Shown here one piece after another: positions 57,101 to 64,000 of a stretch of DNA of 64,000 nt. Origin of the DNA: Eledone cirrhosa (Eukaryota); the NCBI GenBank assembly GCA_964016885.1, contig CAXHJY010000184.1, positions 310,001 to 374,000 on the forward strand, in the 5' to 3' direction. The notes beneath the pieces were generated by a model. It ran no database searches and had not been told where the DNA came from. It was given only the letters and a program-made list of their open reading frames with translations. Every line of letters begins with the position of its first letter. Within the stretch, counting starts at the first letter, position 1. Position numbers and translations under genes: made by a program.

Positions 57101-60100
57101 ACTACAGGACTATAGTCTTTCCCAATCACTACAGGACTACATTCTTTCCCAGTCACTACAGGACTATAGTCTTTCCCAGTGACTACAGGACTATAGTCTT
57201 TCCCAGTCACTACAGGACTATAGTCTTTCCCAGTCACTACAGGACTATAGTTTTTCCCAGTCACTACAGGACTATAGTCTTTCCCAATCACTACAGGACT
57301 ATAGTCTTTCCCAATCACTACAGGACTATAGTCTTTCCCAATCACTACAGGACTATAGTCTTTCCCAGTCACTACAGGACTATAGTCATTCCCAGTCACT
57401 ACAGGACTATAGTCTTTCCCAGTCACTACAGGACTATAGTCATTCCCAGTCACTACAGGACTATAGTCTTTCCCAGTCACTACAGGACTACATTCTTTCC
57501 CAGTCACTACAGGACTATAGTCTTTCCCAGTCACTACAGGACTATAGTCTATCCCAATCACTACAGGACTATAGTCTTTCCCAGTCACTACAGGACTACA
57601 TTCTTTCCCAGTCACTACAGGACTATAGTCTTTCCCAATCACCACAGGACTATAGTCTTTCCCAGTCACTACAGGACTATAGTCTTTCCCAATCACTACA
57701 GGACTATAGTCTTTCCCAGTCACTACAAGACTATAGTCTTTCCCAGTCACTACAAGGCTATAGTCTTGCCCAGTCAGTCACTACAGGACTATAGTCTTTT
57801 CCAGTCACTACAGGACTATAGTCTTTCCCAGTCACTACAGGACTATAGTCTTTCCCAGTCACTACAGGACTATAGTCTTTCCCAGTCACTACAGGACTAT
57901 AGTCTTTCCCAGTCACTACAAGACTATAGTCTTTCCCAGTCACTACAGGATTATAGTCTTTCCCAATCACTACAGGACTATAGTCTTTCCCAGTCACTAC
58001 AGGACTATAGTCTTTCCCAGTCACTACAGGACTATAGTCTTTCCCAGTCACTACAGGGCTATAGTCTTTCCCAGTCACTACAGGACTACATTCGTTCCCA
58101 GTCACTACAGGACTATAGTCTTTCCCAGTCACTACAGGACTATAGTCTTTCCCAGTCACTACAGGACTATAGTCTTTCCCAGTCACTACAGGACTATAGT
58201 CTTTCCCAATCACTACAGGACTATAGTCTTTCCCAGTCACTACAGGACTACATTCTTTCCCAGTCACTACAGGACTATAGTCTTTCCCAATCACTACAGG
58301 ACTATAGTCTTTCCCAGTCACTACAGGACTACATTCTTTCCCAGTCACTACAGGACTATAGTCTTTCCCAGTCACTACAGGACTATAGTCTTTCCCAGTC
58401 ACTACAGGACTATAGTCTTTCCCAGTCACTACAGGACTATAGTCTTTCCCAATCACTACAGGACTATAGTCTTTCCCAGTCACTACAGGACTACATTCTT
58501 TCCCAGTCACTACAGGACTATAGTCTTTCCCAATCACCACAGGACTATAGTCTTTCCCAGTCACTACAGGACTATAGTCTTTCCCAATCACTACAGGACT
58601 ATAGTCTTTCCCAGTCACTACAAGACTATAGTCTTTCCCAGTCACTACAAGACTATAGTCTTGCCCAGTCAGTCAGTACAGGACTATAGTCTTTTCCAGT
58701 CACTACAGGACTATAGCCTTTCCCAGTCACTACAGGACTATAGTCTTTCCCAGTCACTACAGGACTATAGTCTTTCCCAGTCACTACAGGACTATAGTCT
58801 TTCCCAATCACTACAGGACTACATTCTTTCCCAGTCACTACAGGACTATAGTCTTTCCCAGTGACTACAGGACTATAGTCTTTCCCAGTCACTACAGGAC
58901 TATAGTCTTTCCCAGTCACTACAGGACTATAGTTTTTCCCAGTCACTACAGGACTATAGTCTTTCCCAATCACTACAGGACTATAGTCTTTCCCAATCAC
59001 TACAGGACTATAGTCTTTCCCAATCACTACAGGACTATAGTCTTTCCCAGTCACTACAGGACTATAGTCATTCCCAGTCACTACAGGACTATAGTCTTTC
59101 CCAGTCACTACAGGACTACATTCTTTCCCAGTCACTACAGGACTATAGTCTTTCCCAATCACTACAGGACTATAGTCTTTCCCAGTCACTACAGCACTAT
59201 AGTCTTTCCCAGTCACTACAGGACTATAGTCTTTCCCAATCACTACAGGACTATAGTCTTTCCCAGTCACTACAGGACTATAGTCTTTCCCAGTCACTAC
59301 AAGACTATAGTCTTTACCAATCACTACAGGACTATAATCTTTCCCAATCACTACAGGACTATAGTCTTTCCCAATCACTACAAGACTATAGTCTTTCCCA
59401 GTCACTACAGGACTATAGTCTTTCCCAGTTACTACAGGACTATAGTCTTTCCCAGTCACTACAGGACTATAGTCTTTCCCAGTCACTACAGCGCTATAGT
59501 CTTTCCCAGTCACTACAGGACTATAGTCTTTCCCAGTCACTACAGGACTATAGTCTTTCCCAGTCACTACAGGGCTATAGTCTTTCCCAGTCACTACAGG
59601 ACTACATTCGTTCCCAGTCACTACAGGACTATAGTCTTTCCCAGTCACTACAGGACTATAGTCTTTCCCAGTCACTACAGGACTATAGTCTTTCCCAGTC
59701 ACTACAGGACTATAGTCTTTCCCAATCACTACAGGACTATAGTCTTTCCCAGTCACTACAGGACTACATTCTTTCCCAGTCACTACAGGACTATAGTCTT
59801 TCCCAATCACTACAGGACTATAGTCTTTCCCAGTCACTACAGGACTACATTCTTTCCCAGTCACTACAGGACTATAGTCTTTCCCAGTCACTACAGGACT
59901 ATAGTCTTTCCCAGTCACTACAGGACTATAGTCTTTCCCAGTCACTACAGGACTATAGTCTTTCCCAATCACTACAGGACTATAGTCTTTCCCAGTCACT
60001 ACAGGACTACATTCTTTCCCAGTCACTACAGGACTATAGTCTTTCCCAATCACCACAGGACTATAGTCTTTCCCAGTCACTACAGGACTATAGTCTTTCC

Positions 60101-63100
60101 CAATCACTACAGGACTATAGTCTTTCCCAGTCACTACAAGACTATAGTCTTTCCCAGTCACTACAAGACTATAGTCTTGCCCAGTCAGTCACTACAGGAC
60201 TATAGTCTTTTCCAGTCACTACAGGACTATAGTCTTTCCCAGTCACTACAGGACTATAGTCTTTCCCAGTCACTACAGGACTATAGTCTTTCCCAGTCAC
60301 TACAGGACTATAGTCTTTCCCAATCACTACAGGACTACATTCTTTCCCAGTCACTACAGGACTATAGTCTTTCCCAGTGACTACAGGACTATAGTCTTTC
60401 CCAGTCACTACAGGACTATAGTCTTTCCCAGTCACTACAGGACTATAGTTTTTCCCAGTCACTACAGGACTATAGTCTTTCCCAATCACTACAGGACTAT
60501 AGTCTTTCCCAATCACTACAGGACTATAGTCTTTCCCAATCACTACAGGACTATAGTCTTTCCCAGTCACTACAGGACTATAGTCATTCCCAGTCACTAC
60601 AGGACTATAGTCTTTCCCAGTCACTACAGGACTACATTCTTTCCCAGTCACTACAGGACTATAGTCTTTCCCAATCACTACAGGACTATAGTCTTTCCCA
60701 GTCACTACAGGACTATAGTCTTTCCCAGTCACTACAGGACTATAGTCTTTCCCAATCACTACAGGACTATAGTCTTTCCCAGTCACTACAGGACTATAGT
60801 CTTTCCCAGTCACTACAGGACTATAGTCTTTCCCAGTCACTACAGGACTATAGTCTTTCCGAGTCACTACAGGACTATAGTCTTTCCCAGACACTACAGG
60901 ACTATAGTCTTTCCCAGTCACTACAGGACTATAGTCTTTCCCAGTCACTACAGGACTATAGTCTTTCCCAGTCACTACAGGACTATAGTCCTTCCCAGTC
61001 GCTACAGGACTATAGTCTTTCCCAATCACTACAGGACTATAGTCGTTCCCAGTCACTACAGGACTATAGTCTTTCCCAATCACTACAGGACTATAGTCTT
61101 TCCCAGTCACTACAGGACTACATTCTTTCCCGGTCACTACAGGACTATAGTCCTTCCCAGTCACTACAGGACTATAGTCTTTCCCAATCACCACAGGACT
61201 ATAGTCTTTCCCAGTCACTACAGGACTATAGTCTTTCCCAATCACTACAGGACTATAGTATTTCCCAGTCACTACAGGACTATAGTCTTTCCCAGTCACT
61301 ACAGGACTATAGTCTTTCCCAGTCACTACAAGACTATAGTCTTTCCCAGTCACTACAGGACTATAGTCTTTCCCAGTTACTACAGGACTATAGTCTTTCC
61401 CAGTCACTACAGGACTATAGTCTTTCCCAGTCACTACAGCGCTATAGTCTTTCCCAGTCACTACAGGACTATAGTCTTTCCCAGTCACTACAGGACTATA
61501 GTCTTTCCCAGTCACTACAGCGCTATAGTCTTTCCCAGTCACTACAGGACTATAGTCTTTCCCAGTCACTACAGGACTATAGTCTTTCCCAGTCACTACA
61601 GGACTACATTCGTTCCCAGTCACTACAGGACTATAGTCTTTCCCAGTCACTACAGGACTATAGTCTTTCCCAGTCACTACAGGACTATAGTCTTTCCCAG
61701 TCACTACAGGACTATAGTCTTTCCCAATCACTACAGGACTATAGTCTTTCCCAGTCACTACAGGACTACATTCTTTCCCAGTCACTACAGGACTATAGTC
61801 TTTCCCAATCACTACAGGACTATAGTCTTTCCCAGTCACTACAGGACTACATTCTTTCCCAGTCACTACAGGACTATAGTCTTTCCCAGTCACTACAGGA
61901 CTATATTCTTTCCCAGTCACTACAGGACTATAGTCTTTCCCAGTCACTACAGGACTATAGTCTTTCCCAATCACTACAGGACTATAGTCTTTCCCAGTCA
62001 CTACAGGACTACATTCTTTCCCAGTCACTACAGGACTATAGTCTTTCCCAATCACCACAGGACTATAGTCTTTCCCAGTCACTACAGGACTATAGTCTTT
62101 CCCAATCACTACAGGACTATAGTCTTTCCCAGTCACTACAAGACTATAGTCTTTCCCAGTCACTACAAGACTATAGTCTTGCCCAGTCAGTCACTACAGG
62201 ACTATAGTCTTTTCCAGTCACTACAGGACTATAGTCTTTCCCAGTCACTACAGGACTATAGTCTTTCCCAGTCACTACAGGACTATAGTCTTTCCCAGTC
62301 ACTACAGGACGATAGTCTTTCCCAATCACTACAGGACTACATTCTTTCCCAGTCACTACAGGACTATAGTCTTTCCCAGTGACTACAGGACTATAGTCTT
62401 TCCCAGTCACTACAGGACTATAGTCTTTCCCAGTCACTACAGGACTATAGTTTTTCCCAGTCACTACAGGACTATAGTCTTTCCCAATCACTACAGGACT
62501 ATAGTCTTTCCCAATCACTACAGGACTATAGTCTTTCCCAATCACTACAGGACTATAGTCTTTCCCAGTCACTACAGGACTATAGTCATTCCCAGTCACT
62601 ACAGGACTATAGTCTTTCCCCGTCACTACAGGACTACATTCTTTCCCAGTCACTACAGGACTATAGTCTTTCCCAATCACTACAGGACTATAGTCTTTCC
62701 CAGTCACTACAGGACTATAGTCTTTCCCAGTCACTACAGGACTATAGTCTTTCCCAATCACTACAGGACTATAGTCTTTCCCAGTCACTACAGGACTATA
62801 GTCTTTCCCAGTCACTACAGGACTATAGTCTTTCCCAGTCACTACAGGACTATAGTCTTTCCGAGTCACTACAGGACTATAGTCTTTCCCAGACACTACA
62901 GGACTATAGTCTTTCCCAGTCACTACAGGACTATAGTCTTTCCCAGTCACTACAGGACTATAGTCTTTCCCAGTCACTACAGGACTATAGTCCTTCCCAG
63001 TCGCTACAGGACTATAGTCTTTCCCAATCACTACAGGACTATAGTCGTTCCCAGTCACTACAGGACTATAGTCTTTCCCAATCACTACAGGACTATGGTC

Positions 63101-64000
63101 TTTCCCAGTCACTACAGGACTACATTCTTTCCCGGTCACTACAGGACTATAGTCCTTCCCAGTCACTACAGGACTATAGTCTTTCCCAATCACCACAGGA
63201 CTATAATCTTTCCCAGTCACTACAGGACTATAGTCTTTCCCAATCACTACAGGACTATAGTATTTCCCAGTCACTACAGGACTATAGTCTTTCCCAGTCA
63301 CTACAGGACTATAGTCTTTCCCAGTCACTACAGGACTATAGTCTTTCCCAGTCACTACAGGACTATAGTCTTTTCCAATCACTACAGGACTACATTCTTT
63401 CCCAGTCACTACAGGACTATAGTCTTTCCCAGTCACTACAGGACTATAGTCTTTCCCAGTCACTACAGGACTATAGTCTTTCCCAGTCACTACAGGACTA
63501 TAGTCTTTTCCAATCACTACAGGACTACATTCTTTCCCAGTCACTACAGGACTATAGTCTTTCCCAGTCACTACAGGACTATAGTCTTTCCCAGTCACTA
63601 CAGGACTATAGTCTTTCCCAGTCACTACAGGACTATAGTTTTTCCCAGTCACTACAGGACTATAGTCTTTCCCAATCACTACAGGACTATAGTCTTTCCC
63701 AATCACTACAAGACTATAGTCTTTCCCAGTCACTACAGGACTATAGTCTTTCCCAATCACTACAGGACTATAGTCTTTCCCAATCACTACAGGACTATAG
63801 TCTTTCCCAGTCACTACAGGACTATAGTCTTTCCCAGTCACTACAGGACTATAGTCTTTCCCAGTCACTACAGGACTATAGTCTTTCCCAGTCACTACAA
63901 GACTATAGTCTTTCCCAATCACTACAGGACTATAGTCTTTCCCAATCACTACAGGACTATAGTCTTTCCCAGTCACTACAGGACTATAGTCTTTCCCAGT

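Larger units (their letters stand above)
646..64000. repeat. 27-bp satellite DNA array (about 63.4 kb, about 2,350 monomers, truncated by window end) with irregular higher-order structure
   Basis: Uninterrupted same-orientation repetition of CAGTCACTACAGGACTATAGTCTTTCC (44% GC, no CpG, internal palindrome GACTATAGTC). Most units have 0-2 substitutions. The copy number is length divided by 27. Confidence 0.99.

Noticed and set aside
778-63950. CCAAT boxes created by the common CCCAAT variant
   Set aside because: They arise from a single transition in a satellite, the 5' context (TC) does not fit the purine-preferring NF-Y consensus, and there is no promoter context.
524-63976. Dozens of long ORFs (SLQDYSLSQ, HYRTIVFPS and TGKDYSPVV repeats, up to 2171 aa)
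   Set aside because: The 27-bp unit is stop-free in three overlapping frames on both strands. ORF limits coincide with indel or variant monomers, starts are mostly GTG/TTG within the repeat, and there are no unique domains.
646-64000. CRISPR array (palindromic repeat of CRISPR-like length)
   Set aside because: Repeats are directly adjacent with no spacers, there are no cas genes, and the flank looks eukaryotic.
646-64000. Long-unit telomeric repeat of yeast type
   Set aside because: The C-richer strand runs away from the unique flank, which is the wrong polarity for a right-hand telomere. The 63-kb length and kb-scale duplicated variant patterns indicate recombinational amplification, not telomerase synthesis.

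Overview
The window looks eukaryotic and non-coding. Positions 1-645 are an AT-rich unique flank. It holds a perfect 19-bp inverted repeat pair (115-133 and 500-518), local duplications, CT and TA microsatellites and three hairpins, a layout resembling a non-autonomous DNA transposon (MITE or Helentron-type). Positions 646-64000 are a single head-to-tail satellite array of roughly 2,350 copies of the 27-bp monomer CAGTCACTACAGGACTATAGTCTTTCC, which contains the palindrome GACTATAGTC and runs off the window end. All long ORFs are by-products of a 27-bp (3n) unit that has no stop in 3 of 6 frames. The monomer variants are not random. Thirty 31-bp landmark monomers (CAGT duplication, most with a 16-bp perfect palindrome) sit in a conserved variant cassette and delimit variable-length higher-order blocks. 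Nested duplications have offsets of about 1.2, 2.0, 2.6, 3.2, 4.8, 5-6.6 and 25.1 kb. The array starts abruptly in the middle of a block that recurs internally, and the monomer resembles the flanking inverted repeat. I found no protein-coding gene, RNA gene or CRISPR array, and the sequence alone does not support a new gene-based system.
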